64,000 nucleotides of DNA, from the NCBI GenBank assembly GCA_951406725.2, contig OX597821.1, positions 64,108,001 to 64,172,000 on the forward strand. Direction: 5' to 3'. Shown here piece by piece: positions 40,790 to 54,725 of the stretch. This DNA is from Octopus vulgaris. Its lineage: Eukaryota. Every line of letters starts with the position of its first letter. Within the stretch, counting starts at the first letter, position 1. Both the position numbers and the translations under genes were made by a program. The notes under the pieces are model-generated. The model was given only the letters and a program-made list of their open reading frames with translations. It was not told the origin of the DNA and did not search any database.

Positions 40790-40985
40790 TCTCACTACCG
40801 ATGGGCAAGAATCCATATACAAGACATCCACCAAAAAGAATTGTGCAACAACTTTCCGCTGAACAAACATCTGGAAATATGCGGAAACAGCAGAGTCAAG
40901 ATTTTTCTTTTCTACAAATGCCCAAGGGATGATACAAAATACCGAAAAGCAATGGAACTACAAAAAAAATATCTTACCAAGATTA
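40790..40985 (+). pseudogene. Penelope GIY-YIG C-terminal fragment
   Basis: RIHIQDIHQKEL...PLNKHLEICG...FYKC.....RKAMEL aligns with AVHKSQIRNPDY..PVSGHIDRC...LYKF.....RQNKEL of the 14335 ORF. Confidence 0.6.
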
Positions 40986-41042
40986 AAGGTGTAAAAATAT
41001 ATTTATCAAAAATGAGAAATGTCTTTTTTAAACAATGTAGTA

Positions 41043-41300
41043 GGCGCAATGGTCCAGTGGTTATGGCAGCAGACTCGCGGTCGGAGGATCGTGATTTCGA
41101 TTCCCAGACCGGGCGTTGTGTGTGTTTATTAAGCGAAAACACCTAAAGCTCCACGAGGCTCCGGCAGGGGTGGTGGCGACCTCTGTTGTACTCTTTCGCC
41201 CCAAGTTTCTCTCACTCTTTCTTCCTGTTTCTTGAGTAACGCTGCGATGGACTGGTGGCCCCGTCTAGCTGGGGGGAACACATACGCCATGAGCCTAGCT
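41043..41300 (+). mobile_element. SINE family B head and body with an alternative tail
   Basis: Matches 9166-9350, then diverges (gctgcgatggactgg...). Confidence 0.8.
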
Positions 41301-41984
41301 AGGCTTGAAAAGGGCAAAAACAAGGAGAGAAAAAAGTAATGAAATGTAGAGTCGACATCGGCGCGACTCGAACTTTGAACATTAAAGATATGCTATTAAA
41401 TATATTTCGGTGGCACATACATTAACACATTCACCTGTGACGTACCGAAAAGGTTATGTAGTTTTGCACTGAACAGTTAGAATGTTTTATTAAAGCTGTT
41501 CTGACAAAACCTCAACATATTTCATGATATCTGCATTAAACTCGGGTCATGAATGATGTTAAAAACACCATCTTATCTATACATAAACGCGCTGACAGTA
41601 AATATTGCTAAACAGCTTATCTCTCAGCCAATAAATGAAACATAAAATCCATTCTATAAATTCACACTTCTTTATATACAATATAAGAGCTATTTTCGTT
41701 TGTTTTGTTTTTATTCCAGCCACGGCCTTAAGGGTCAATCATTAGTGAACATTATTTCTTTATCTCTCGTAAGAAGTTATATATGATCAAAAAAATATTT
41801 GGATGTAGAAAATGTTTAATTTATTGTTAGATTTCCCTTAAGCTATAAAAACGAGATATGTCAGTCGTTTGCTCAGAGCTTTTGCATTACAATGTACAGT
41901 TGTACAAGTACTTAGCCAATCCGATTATTACATCATTTTAGTTTGCCTCCTGGTGACTTATGTAAAGATTGGAGATTATAAACA

Positions 41985-42029
<45 letters not shown>

Positions 42030-42967
42030 CGTGTTTCTGTGTGTGAGTGCCTGCGAGTATTTACGTATATACATACATACGTGTGTGTGTTGTTCATTAT
42101 ATGGGATATAAGCAGTATCTGTTCAGTACAGCGATCTGTATATCTTATTAAATGTGGATATACTGCTCTGAGAAAGCAATAATACTGCGGTTGGTTTTAT
42201 ACGTTTGGACGAGATGCCTTTTCAAAATTAATAACACATTATTGGGACTTCCTTATACAATATTTTCCATGTTCTCGTTAAGATATATAAGATATACAGA
42301 TCTGTGTGTGTGTGTGTGTGTGTGAATGTGTTGAGCAAAATATTTCATCTTACGTCGCCCCTGTTCATTTAACTGTGAATAGGTACTTCTCATTCGGGTG
42401 GAATGATATAATTTGGGTAACCTATGCACCATGAAAACCAGGAAATCGTCCCTATGAATCCTAAAACTCGAGAGAGTAATGTAAGGGCTTTGATTACGGT
42501 AATTCTTTCACTGGCATTTTCCCAACGCTCCCTTTCTAGTGCTTTTGGTTGCCAACATTGCAGAATCCTCAAGTTGGAGCCAAGGTATTGTCGATTAACT
42601 CAACACCAATATTTTGCTGATAATTTTGAGTGGTACTTTATTTTACCGATCTTGGAGAAATGAAAAACGATGTTGACAACTGTGGTGTATTATTGTTCGT
42701 TATCTACTAACGACCAGAAGCTGTTATCAATGAACTAGGCAAATACTAATGCAAACTTGTTCAGATCCGCTCCATTCTCAACCAAAAAATCCATAAATAT
42801 TTTAATTCTCACTGATAAATTTATCTGCTTGGATTTATAATAACATTAAACTTAAGTAATTTTTGAAGAAGTTCTCTTAGCTCTTAGATATTCCAATGCT
42901 GTCAGCACAACGAGCAACAAGCATTCCAATTGCTCACTTTCTTCTTAGCTCCTCTCGAGCCGATTCC

Positions 42968-43703
42968 CATCGCTATCATATCATCTCGGAACGTAGTGCG
43001 CCACGTCTATCTTTGTCTTCCACTCGAAGCAGACTGTGAAAATTAATATATAATTGTTGTCTAGTCCCAGATCATATCTGATTTCTCAAACCTATTATCA
43101 AAGTCATCCACAGAAATATTGATTAATAAATATTTCATTTCTTATGGTTGGGTTGGATTTGAGGGAGGTTTTGTTTCTATTTCTAGCAAGTGGGAAAAAA
43201 CTATCCAGAAAAGTTTTCTTCTCAACATTATTTGTACATTTGTGAACGATAATATTTTTTATCTAAGACTATATTTTCAAGCGACAGTAATAATAGGTTA
43301 AAAATTGCTGGAAATAGCGATAAAGCATTGCTATCATATCATTTCGGAACGCACAGCATTACGTCTACTTTTGTTTTCCACTCGTAGTAGGTTGTGAAAA
43401 ATTAATGCAGTAATTACAGCTTTAATTTTTCACAATCAGATCATATCTGATTGTGCAAACCTATGATCGAAATCATCCACGGGACTATTAATTGATTTGT
43501 CTTTCCTTTCTTAAGAAGGTAGGGTTGTAATTTGAGGGAGATTTTGTTCCTGATTCCAGCGAGTAGGAGAATCATATAGAGAAGGTCTATTTTCAACATT
43601 ATTTGTACATCCGCGAACGATAATATTTTTATCTAAGAGTTTATCTTCGAGCTGAACAATGAGAGTAATAATAGGCTAAAAATTGCTGGCAGTAGCGATA
43701 AAC
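42968..43703 (+). repeat. Diverged tandem duplication, ~360-375-bp unit
   Basis: gctatcatatcat.tcggaacg...aataatagg.taaaaattgctgg...tagcgataaa is present twice. Confidence 0.85.
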
Positions 43704-44224
43704 CAAACGGAAACAATATTCATACATTCCAAATGGTGCATTACTAATAGTTATTTTGACACTTTATCTATAATGCGTTTGCAAATATGCAACATTAGAT
43801 CATTTGGTAAATAAAGTAAGGATCCACTTGAACTCTGTAATGTGAGCAAGTTTCACTGCGGTACATATCTTATTGACTATAACTTTCTCTTCTCACTGCT
43901 TTAATACCGGCTTTACGTCAGCCAGGAGATATTGCAATATTCGACAGCGCCAAAAGTTTTAACGATAAATACGTATCTCTTTCAGTACACTGGAGAAACT
44001 AGTAAGATATCAATAAAAGCAAACTTGTTGTCATTATTGATAGTTTTTCCCCTGATAGAATAATATAAGATCTCGAATCGTTTCATGTACTTGAAATTGT
44101 GTTTGGGCTAAAAATTAATCTTAAGTATTCTCGGACAGCAGAGAATGTATTGTCTATAACAATTGTTGTATGCAAATAACGTACATACTAGTAAAAAGTT
44201 TGGAAAATAGCTTTACAATAACAC

Positions 44225-44885
44225 AATGCCAGTAATTTCGGGAGATGGGGGTAAATCAATTATATCGGCTCCAGTGATTTAAACATCAGCTTTATACTAA
44301 TATTGGTTCCAAATTTTGGCACAGGACCAGTAAGTTGGCGGGAGAGAATAAGTCGATTACATCAACCCCAGAGTTCAACTGGTACTTAATTTATCTACCT
44401 CGCAAAGATGAAAAGCAAAGCCGACCTCGGTTGAATTTGAAAGCAAAACGTGAAGACCGACGAAACACTGGTAAGCATTTGCATGGTGTGCTGACGATTC
44501 TACCAGCTCGGAACACTTCTATATAATAGTGTTGATTTCAAATTTTGGCACAAGGCCAGCAACTTTGGGGGATGAGTAAGACGATTATATAGACTCCGGT
44601 GTTTAACTAGCACTTATTTTATCGATCCCGAGAGGATTAAAAGCAGAGTTGACCTCGGCGGAATTTGAACTCGGAACGCCCTCTTCTTATAAAGATATTC
44701 TTTTCTACTGTAGGCACAAGGCCCGAAATTTTGGGGAGGGGCAACTGGTACTTAATTTATCGACCCCGAAAGGATGAAAGGCAAACTCGATATCGGCGGA
44801 ATTTTAACTCAGAGCGTAAAGACGGACGAAATGCTGCTATGCATTTTGCCCGGCGTGCTAACGGTTCTGCCAGTTCGCCGCCTTC
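44225..44885 (-). mobile_element. Cluster of SINE family C copies
   Basis: Repeated ttttggcacaagg..., gacctcggcggaatttgaactc. Confidence 0.85.
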
Positions 44886-44915
44886 TTCTTTATAGTAATA
44901 TTGAATTCTATCAAA

Positions 44916-45825
44916 GCGGTGAGCTGGCAGAAACGTTAGCACGCCGGGTGAAATGCTTCGTGGTATTTCGTCCGCCGATACGTTCTGAGTTCAAATTCCG
45001 CCGAGGTCGACTTTGCCTTTCATCATTTCAGGGTCGATTAAATAAGTACCAGTTACGCACTGGGGTCGGTGTAATCGACGTAATCCGTTTGTCTGTTTTT
45101 GTTTGTCCCCTCTATGTTTAGCCCCTTGTGTGCAATAAAGAAGTAAGTATTTCGTCTGTCTTTACGTTCTGAGTTCAAATTCCGCCGAGGTCGACTTTGC
45201 CTTTCATCCTTTCGGGCTCGATAGATTAAGTACCAGTTGCGTACTGCGGTCGATCTAATCGATTGGCCCCCTCCCCCAAAATTTCAGGCCTTGTTCCTAG
45301 AGTAGAAAAGAATATCAAATTCTATCATTGACACAAGGCTACAAAAAATAGGGGCAGGGAAGTATTGTCCATTGAATGAACACCATTATTATTATTTCAC
45401 TACTGCCAGGCAGTGAGCTGGAAGAAATCGTTAGCATGCCGGGCGAAATGCTTAGCGGTATTTCGTCTGCGTTACGTTGTGAGTTCAAATTCCGCCGAGG
45501 TCGACTTTGCCTTTCATCCTTTCGGGGTCGATTAAATCGACTTAATCCGTTTGTCTGTCCTTGTTTGTCCTCTCAGTGTTTATCCCCTTGTGGGTAGTAA
45601 AGAAATAGATATTTCGTATGCCGCTACGTTCTGAGTTCAAATTTCGCCGAGGTCGACTTTGCCTTTCATCCTTTCGGGATCGATTAAATAAGTACCAGTT
45701 ACGCACTGGGATCAATATAATCGACTTAATCCGTTTGTCTGTCCTTGTTTGTTCTCTCTGTGTTTAGCGCCTTGTGGGTGGTAAATAAATAGATATTTCG
45801 TCTGCCGTTACGTTCTGAGTTTCAA
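44916..45825 (+). mobile_element. Tandem array of SINE family C units
   Basis: Five occurrences of cgtt(c)tgagtt(c/t); heads at 44916 and about 45408. Confidence 0.9.
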
Positions 45826-46049
45826 TATCAGCAAAGACAATAAAAATAATAAGCTGAAACGGATTTGCGAAGGCATGTAGAAAACTTGAGGTAGATTATT
45901 TATCGGATCGTGATCAAAGAATCGCAAAAACTCACCCTATTAAAAATGGTAGAATAATTTAGCTCAACATAACTTAGCAAATTCAAGAATTAACCTTAAA
46001 GAAAATGGCAATATGTAAATGTATTGAGACTAAAACAAGATAACTTGAC

Positions 46050-46470
46050 CAAGCGACGCAGGCTCAGACTGAAAATCAAACAGTGCTTTAAATCAAACAG
46101 GAGCATAAATGTCTTCGCAGCTTGAAGAAGACGTTTGAGGTAAGATTTCGTACCGAAGCAGAAGCAAAGGAAACTTCGACAACACTGTTAAAGAATGATG
46201 AATTCCTCTTGATTCCAACATACTTTAGTCGGAGAGCCAGAAAAATAAAGGTAGCTGATGTAGCACCAGATGAAAATTCCTCCTTGTTCATGACAGCTGT
46301 GTTATATGACATAGAAAATGAAACCGGTATGTTGCAAGTTTGAGTAAGGAAAATTGGTCAGGCACATTATTGGAACTATTACTGTAAACAGACCAAGATA
46401 TATGGACGCCATCCTTCATTTGACCAAGCTCTCAGCTGAGGACAGAAGGCCGAGCTGCCATATATGAATG
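46050..46470 (+). pseudogene. Decayed ORF1-like fragment, probably from an L1/Tx1-type LINE
   Basis: TFEVRFRTEAEAKETST...LIPTYFSRR..IKVADV; homologous to a fragment at about 6960-7190. The family assignment is inferred. Confidence 0.5.
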
Positions 46471-47124
46471 AACTGAAACCATCTAAATCCACTGCAAAAG
46501 AAAGCAGTAGGAAGATCCCCTCTGTCACCAATGCCATCACTTCAACAGCAACATCAATAGCAAAAGCAGTAGTAACAGCATCAACAACAGCAATATTAAC
46601 AGCAACATCACCAAGAACAACAGCACAAAAAGGAACAACAACAGAAAGACACTCAGCGACAACAGTAGCAGACACCAACACCAGAATCCAGGAAAATATA
46701 TCGACCACAAACTAAATAGATTTTTTTTTTGTCTACGAGTCAATCCATCTACAAACATAAAAAGGGATATTAAATTGTACAGACATACCTTTTTCCCTGT
46801 TACAGATTTCTCTGAGTGTGAAAATTCATTTTGCAATGGAATCAGTTTGAAAGGCTTACCAGAATAGATACTTGTCAAGTGGAACTGAAAAAATGGAAAA
46901 CGCAAAACGTTGTAGCAGAGAAAAACGAAATTTTTTTGACACACGCGAACGCGGAATTGACAATGGACATCGGAGACTGTGCATAAGCGTTGCTTTCTCT
47001 TAAAATGTTGAAGAGTTGCGCAACATTTAACAACCTCTACTCATCAGAAAACAAATAATCTCCAGGGTACATCCATAGACAGACAGATATGCAGTAGAGC
47101 GTGGAACGAAAATAGAGAAAGATA

Positions 47125-47320
47125 TTGGTTCCAAATTTTGGCATAAGGCCTGTAATTTCAGGGGAGGAGTAAGTCCAGTGATCAAGTGATACTTATTTTA
47201 TCGATCTCGAAAAGATGAAAGGCAAAGTCAACCTCGGCGGAACTTGAACTCAGAACATAAAGATGGACGAAAAGCCGCTAAGCATTTTGCCCGGCGTGCT
47301 AATGATTCTCTCAGCTTAAA
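47125..47320 (-). mobile_element. SINE family C
   Basis: Reverse complement of the 44916-type unit. Confidence 0.85.
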
Positions 47321-48534
47321 GCTATTAAAAATTTAAAAAATAAAAAAATAAAAAACAGAACAAGATGGCCGAAAGCTGTGATTGCAGTGATGTCGGATAA
47401 AAATGTGTTTCGTTATGCTCTGGAGTGTTCTGCGTTCAAATCCTGCTGACTTTCTCTTTGTTTTCCAGTATTAATTTAAAACAAAATTATCAGCGCCATT
47501 TCTAGGAGAGGTCGATTAAATTGTCTTCTTCTAGAAGATCACTGTCCCCGTGCCAGACTTAACGATCAACATCATTATTGCTGTTTTTTGTTATTGAGGC
47601 TATGTCGATGGTTTTGTTTTTCATTTACTTCTGTGTAAAGCATTTACGCTATTGCACTCCTATTTCCATTTTCTGTTTCCTTTTTCTTTTATTGTCGTTT
47701 TGTTTATTAAACTTTTCCTTGATACTCTTCCTTAATTGAAGTCGTCACGCATTTTGAGGAACTCAAAGCGCCAAAGAATTGTAATACATGTTCATAAAAC
47801 TCGTTCCAACATTCGTACGCGTCTGTCTTCTTACACAAAACACGCGAGCGATGCAATACACAGACATACAAAACACGCAACACAACAAAACACAACAACT
47901 GAAGTAGCAACAAATTATACACATACTCAGACCACATACAAACACAAGTGCTTTTGTACACACACACACACACACACAGAAGGTGTACATATGCATATTC
48001 ACATTTCAGTATCAGACATGTACAAAGGCATATATACAATGCAAACAGACGCACACACGTAAACACATTCGCTTGTAATATAAGCAGCCGCATACATAAA
48101 TACGTCCGTACGTACATATATACACACACGGTCCTGCACGCACATGATGCATACCGTGTAAGCATTCGCACACGTACATACACACACACACACACACATA
48201 TACATTCAAGCACATATATCTAACAACAGGGAGAGACAGACTTATACGTGACGAAACAGTTATGCACACACATGGCGTATAAAGTTCAAACATTTGTTAA
48301 CATACACACTTAAGCATAGACATATAGACACACTCACACATGTACATACGTGCGCAGAAAACCAATCCACACACAGGCAGAGACATGAGGAATTTTTCGT
48401 TAACATACACATATAAGCCTAGACATACACACACACATGTGTGTGTGTGTATATATATATATATAAATATATACATACATATATATGTGTGTGTGTGTGT
48501 GTGTGTTTGTTTGTGTGTGTGTATGGATAGATAA

Positions 48535-48618
<84 letters not shown>

Positions 48619-48621
<3 letters not shown>

Positions 48622-49165
48622 CGTTAGCACGACGGGCGAAATGCGTAGCCGTATTTCGTCTGCCGCTACGTTCTGAGTTCAAATTCCGCCGAGGTCGACT
48701 TTGCCTTTCATTCTTTCGGGGTGGATAAATTAAGTACCAGTTACGCACTGGGCTCGATATAATCGACTTAATCCGTCTGTCTGTCCAGGTTTGTCTCCTC
48801 TGTGTTTAGCCCCTTGTGGGTAGTAAAGAAATAGAAATAGGTATTTCGTCTAGCGTTACGTTCTGAGTTCAAATTCCGCCGAGGTCAACTTTGCCTTTCA
48901 TCCTTTCGAGTTCGATAAAATAAGTACCAGTTGCCTACAGGGATGGATCTAATCGACTGGCCCCCTCCCCAAAATTTCGAGCCTTGTGCTTAGAGTAGGA
49001 AAGGTTACGTTCTGAGCTCTAACTCCGTTGAGGTCGAATTTGCTTTTCATCCTTTCGGGGTCGATTAAATAAGTACCAGTTACGCATTGGAGTCAATGTA
49101 TTCAACTGAAACCCTTTGTCTATCCTTGTTTGTCCCCTCTATGTTTATCCCCTTGTGGGCAATAG
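48619..49165 (+). mobile_element. SINE family C trimer
   Basis: Three tandem tacgttctgag...aagtaccagtt units. Confidence 0.9.
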
Positions 49166-49540
49166 AGAAATATATATATATACATATAAATTTATACACA
49201 CACACACATATATACATAACATATGTGTGTGTATATGTATATATATACGCACAGACATATATATATATAAGTATATAAATACATATATATGTGTGTGTGT
49301 GTGTGTGTATTTATATGAACACACGTGCACATTCAAGCACAGATGACTACATATAGACAGACACGCAAGCACTCGTTAACATACATATATAGAAGCACAT
49401 GGATAAAACACGCGCGCGCGCATGCACTTAGATGCACAAACTAACCAGTCACACAGGTGGAAACACGCTAGCATTCGTTAACCTACACGTATAAATATAA
49501 ATACACACACACACATATATATACATTATATATATATATA

Positions 49541-49636
<96 letters not shown>

Positions 49637-49814
49637 GTATATAGATAGATAGATAGACAGATAGATAGATAGATACATACATACATACATACATACATAC
49701 ACACGTACACAAACACTCACGTGCGCATACATGCACAAACAGCCAGTCACACAGTCCGAAACACGCTCGAATTCGTTAACATGCACGTATAAATATAAAT
49801 ACACACACACTCAC

Positions 49815-49845
<31 letters not shown>

Positions 49846-49982
49846 CACATACACACATTCATATATATATATGTATATATACACATACGCACACATACAC
49901 AAACACATACGTGCACATACATGCACAGCCAACCAGCCACACATAGGAGGAAAAGCTCGGATTTGTTTACACATACATTATA

Positions 49983-50029
<47 letters not shown>

Positions 50030-50569
50030 ACAGGTACAAGCACAGACAAACAGTCACACACATAAGCAGTAGTAGCAGCAGCAGTAGCAGCAGCAACGAC
50101 AACAACAACAACAACAACAAGCTGATCAATAGGATAGATTTTTGAGCGTTGTCAGACTTTTGTCGTGAAGTACAAAAGAACGTTTATGATCCATATTACA
50201 GTTGCCAATGTGAACCAATGTTTCTAAGATGTTACACGCAAACATGAAGAAAGTACATTCGATCAGACTTGTTAGCAAATATATTCACTTCGAACATTAT
50301 CATTATTTCATTGTATTTTTATTGTATTTTATTTCATTTCATTCTATTTATTTATTGGCTTCAATTCGAGAAATGATAATATCGAATTTAGAAAAAAAAA
50401 AAAAAAAAGAGACAGAAAGGATGAAAGAAAGAAAACAAACGACAATTACAAATTCAGCCTGTTGTGGTTGATTTTTTTTTTCTTTGTTCACCTAAGGTTG
50501 ACCTCTCATTGATCAAACCTATTTCTGCAGGCGCTCCATCAATGGCCATCACATATATATTTTTTTCTT

Positions 50570-50992
50570 TAGGAGTGGCTGTGTGGTATGTAGCTTGCTT
50601 ACCAACCACATGGTTCCGGGTTCAGTCCCACTGAATGGCACCTTGGGCAAGTGTCTTCTACTATAGCCTCGGGCCGACCAAAGCCTTGTGAGTGGATTTG
50701 GCAAACGGAAACTGAAAGAAGCCCGTCGTATATATGTATATATATATATATATGTATACATGTATGTGTGTATATATGTTTGTGCGTCTGTGTTTGTCCG
50801 CCCAACTTCGCTTGATAACCGATGCTGGTGTGTTTACGTCCCCGTAATTTAGCGGTTCGGCAAAAAGGGACCCGATAAAATAAGTACTAGGCTTACAAAG
50901 AATAAGTCCTGGGATCGATTTTCTCGACTAAAGGTGGTGCTCCAGCATGGTCACAGTCACATGACTGAAACTAGTAAAAGAGTAAAAGAGAG
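50570..50992 (+). mobile_element. SINE family A, near full length
   Basis: Homology to the other A copies. Confidence 0.9.
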
Positions 50993-51129
50993 TTATATCT
51001 ATCTTGGACATCGTCCAATAATATGTCGTTCCTATTTTAAGATCATAGGCTTTTTTGAATGTCAGATCGAACTATCTACCTCGTTGGTGCTGCCGTCGTT
51101 ATAGCCATCTTCGTTGGTGATAATGGTTG

Positions 51130-51130
<1 letters not shown>

Positions 51131-51189
<59 letters not shown>

Positions 51190-51376
51190 CGATGACGATG
51201 ATGACGATGATGACGATGACGATGACGATGATGATAATGATGATGATGATGACGATGACGATGACGATGATGATGATGATAATGATGATGACGATGACGA
51301 CGACGATGATGATGATGATGATGATGATGACGATGATGATGATGATGATGACGATGATGATGACGACGACGACGAC

Positions 51377-51443
<67 letters not shown>

Positions 51444-51470
51444 CCGACGACGACGACGGTGATGATGATG
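51131..51470. repeat. (GAT/GAC)n trinucleotide repeat
   Basis: Read directly. Confidence 0.95.
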
Positions 51471-51866
51471 GGGTGATGGTGGTTGTGATGGTAACGGTGG
51501 TGATGATGATGATGGCAGTGGTGATATTAGTGGTAATACGAGGAAACGTATTAATGATGGTCGTGATAGTGGCCGTTGCAGTGGACGTGTTGGTGGTGGT
51601 GGTGGTTATGTTATAGTTGTACAACCGCTCAAGTCCTTTCGTTAAGCAGAAATACTCAAGCCATAAACACCCAATTAAGGGTTGTAAGTTTATGGAATAA
51701 AAAAAAAGGTACAGGTGTAGCTTTGTGGTTCGTAGTTTCTTGTTCAGTTCCACTGAGCAGCAACTTATACCAGTGTCTTCTGCTAAAACCCTAGGTTAAC
51801 TAAAGCCCGGGGAGCAGATTTGGTAGAAGGAAACTATACGGAAACTCGTCAGATACATGCTTGCAT

Positions 51867-52113
51867 GGGATCTCTTCCCTTTGAACGGCAGATCGAGAAA
51901 TTAATTTTTTGTAACTAAACACTTTCAAACTTCGGACACTGGTAGAACGTGTCATATAAAAGTTAATATTTTCAAAGTTATTTCGTGTTTAAGTAATCGT
52001 ATTTCGGTAATTTCGACCAATCAATACCGTGTATTCAGCTAAATAAAATTATTGTCGTCGTTTGTCAACAACTATCGGCGGTGTATATCTGCCGTTCAAA
52101 GGGTAAAGATCCC
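51867..52113. mobile_element. MITE with GGG termini and AT flanks (possibly PIF/Harbinger-ISL2EU group)
   Basis: TIRs gggatctcttccctttgaacggcagat / atctgccgttcaaagggtaaagatccc; AT on both sides. Confidence 0.8.
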
Positions 52114-52154
52114 ATGTATGTATGGGTATATGTGTATGTATAGATAATATTTAT

Positions 52155-52260
52155 GTCATTGTTCAGTTTTATTTCAAGATTTCTTGCCAATAGAGAAAGA
52201 GCTGTTTTCTGATCTATATCCAAACCGCCTTCATTGGAATTTCAGCATCAACAGCAGGGT
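52155..52260 (-). repeat. Family D short repeat next to (TATG)n
   Basis: Homologous to 28865 and 11115. Confidence 0.7.
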
Positions 52261-52446
52261 ATGTATGTATGTATGTATGTATGTATGTATGTATGTATGT
52301 ATGTATGTATGTATGTATGTATGTGTGTATGTATGTATGTATGTATGTATGTATGTATGTATGTATGTATGTATGTATGTATGTACGTACGTATGTATGT
52401 ATGTATGTATGTATGTATGTATGTATCTTTGTATGTATGTATGCAC

Positions 52447-52778
52447 GGGAATCCGGTACTTTTTAACCCCCGTTAAAAAATTGGGTTATCTCCCTCAACT
52501 AAAAAACTGTTTAGCCCTCAGTAAAACAAACAAATTTTTTTTTTTAAATTGAAGATCTTATTGAATCTAATAACATTTTTTATAACAAATCATGCCATGC
52601 CTATTGAGGGGGCCAAATGTCAACAATGTGTTGAAGTAGTGAATTCAAAGGGTCTAACACTTTTAATCCAGTCTCTTGTCGCCACATAAACTCAATTTTT
52701 TAGTGGGGAGATAAACAAATTTTTTAATGGCAATTTTTTAATGGGGGTGAGATTAAACAAAAAGTACCCAGGAATCCC
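52447..52778. mobile_element. Diverged MITE
   Basis: gggaatccggtactttt / aaaaagtacccaggaatccc, plus internal inverted ttatctccc..actaaaaaa / ttttttagtggggagataa. Confidence 0.6.
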
Positions 52779-53191
52779 TAACTTTACAGAAGTAATGCGT
52801 TCTTGAAAATCTGGCCGTAATACGAAATTTCATAATGCGAAATTAATTGTCCTATTGATTTTCATATTATCAGATAAGACTGCGATCCAACGGACTTTTT
52901 CGAAAAAGAAACGGTCCAGAAAACAAATGAGAAAAAGTAGTACAATCATCTTTATTCATGAAAATATTTCTAAATATACACGGTACAATTATAGACCCAT
53001 AAAAACACAAAACATTTCAAGAAGAATACTTTAAGAAATTAAGAATCATATCATAACAGTACGTTCATACTACAAGAGATTTTGATTACTGTCAATTATT
53101 GGGGTCGGGGGATTGGGTGAGCATTATTCGGAGGATAAGGCACAATATTTACTATCTTATAGTTCCTTATCTCGAACATCAGTCGTTGTTT

Positions 53192-53222
<31 letters not shown>

Positions 53223-53239
53223 TTGGTTTCACCAATCAT

Positions 53240-53510
53240 TTTTATGTGCTTCTTAAACTTTCAATCACCAGTCACTAGTCAAAAAGTGTTTTTCATTAGA
53301 AATTTCATCTTCCCTTCTCTGCAAATCGTCATATAAATTTTTAGTTTTTTTTGAAATACCATCATGTTTTTCGGCACATTACGCTGAATTTGATCTTCGA
53401 TCCATACACTCAAGTGTCGTTCTATTTTAAGTATTATATTAGATCTGTGGAACAAAGTCCGGACAATTATCGGAGTAGTTTCTTGAGCATTTGACGTTAA
53501 TATATTAGGC
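53240..53510 (-). pseudogene. pogo/Tigger transposase CENP-B-type HTH fragment
   Basis: KIERHLSVWIEDQIQRNVP....FQKK..IY matches ME..LxxWIxDQ..RxVP....IxxKAxxxY. Confidence 0.7.
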
Positions 53511-54227
53511 ATTTTCCATAAAGAATATGCTGGAAAACAAAATTTGGCCCAGGAATAATTTGTTTTGTGGGAGCAGAAAATTGTCTTTTCCCTTATTGAT
53601 GCAATAATGGAAATGAAATGAAAAGGTGAGTGACCAAGGAAAGGAAAGCACCATATGATTGCAGTTAATTGAAGTTTCACCAGATTTTATAGACAATTCA
53701 CTCCTTGCGCTTCTGAATTAAGACATAAACACACACACACACATGCTGTTCATACTCAAACTGTCATACACACATACACTTATACACACACACACACTAT
53801 TATGCAGAGATGCGTTGGCGTACATGCTGATATCTGTTGAAGCCAGTTGGATTCAAAAGTTGGTCGGTTGATAATGGAGATGGTACGGGTTGCATTGATT
53901 TGCTTAGTGACAGCAGACGGGTGATGATGGTGGTGTGGTGATCATATTGTACTTGCTAATTGCGTTGTTGTGGTTCTTTAGTCTCAAGTCAATCTTCATA
54001 GACCCAAGATCAAAGACATTTCGTTCAACTTTTAAAATAAATTAAGATATCACACTATGTTTTTTTTTTGTTTTTTTTTACATTTGAAACGGATTTGCTT
54101 ATCTACTTCATACAATATGTTAACGTTGCCGTCGGTGATTATGTTCGTGCTGGTGATAGAAAAACACCCACATACATACACGCTTACATGCATGCACATT
54201 CATATATATATATATATATATATATAC

Positions 54228-54641
54228 TCTTTTACTCTTTTACTTGTTTCAGTCATTTGACTGTGATCATGCTGGAGCACCGACTTTAGTCGAGCAAATC
54301 GATCCCAAGATTTATTCTTTGTAAGCCTAGTACTTATTCTATCGGGTCCCTTTTGCCGATCCGCTAAATTACGGGGACGTAAACACAACAGCATCGGTTG
54401 TCAAGCGAAGTTGGTGGGGACAAACACAGATACACAAACATATACACACATACATATATACATATATATACATATATATACATATATACGACGGGTTTCT
54501 TTCAGTTTCCGTCTACCAAATCCACTCACAAGGCTTTGGTCGGCCCGAGGCTATAGTAGAAGACGCTTGCCCAAGGTGTCACGCAGTGGGACTGAACCCA
54601 GAACTATGTGGTTCGTAAGCAAGCTACTTACCACACAGCCA

Positions 54642-54643
<2 letters not shown>
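54228..54643 (-). mobile_element. SINE family A, near full length
   Basis: Homology to the other A copies. Confidence 0.9.
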
Positions 54644-54725
<82 letters not shown>

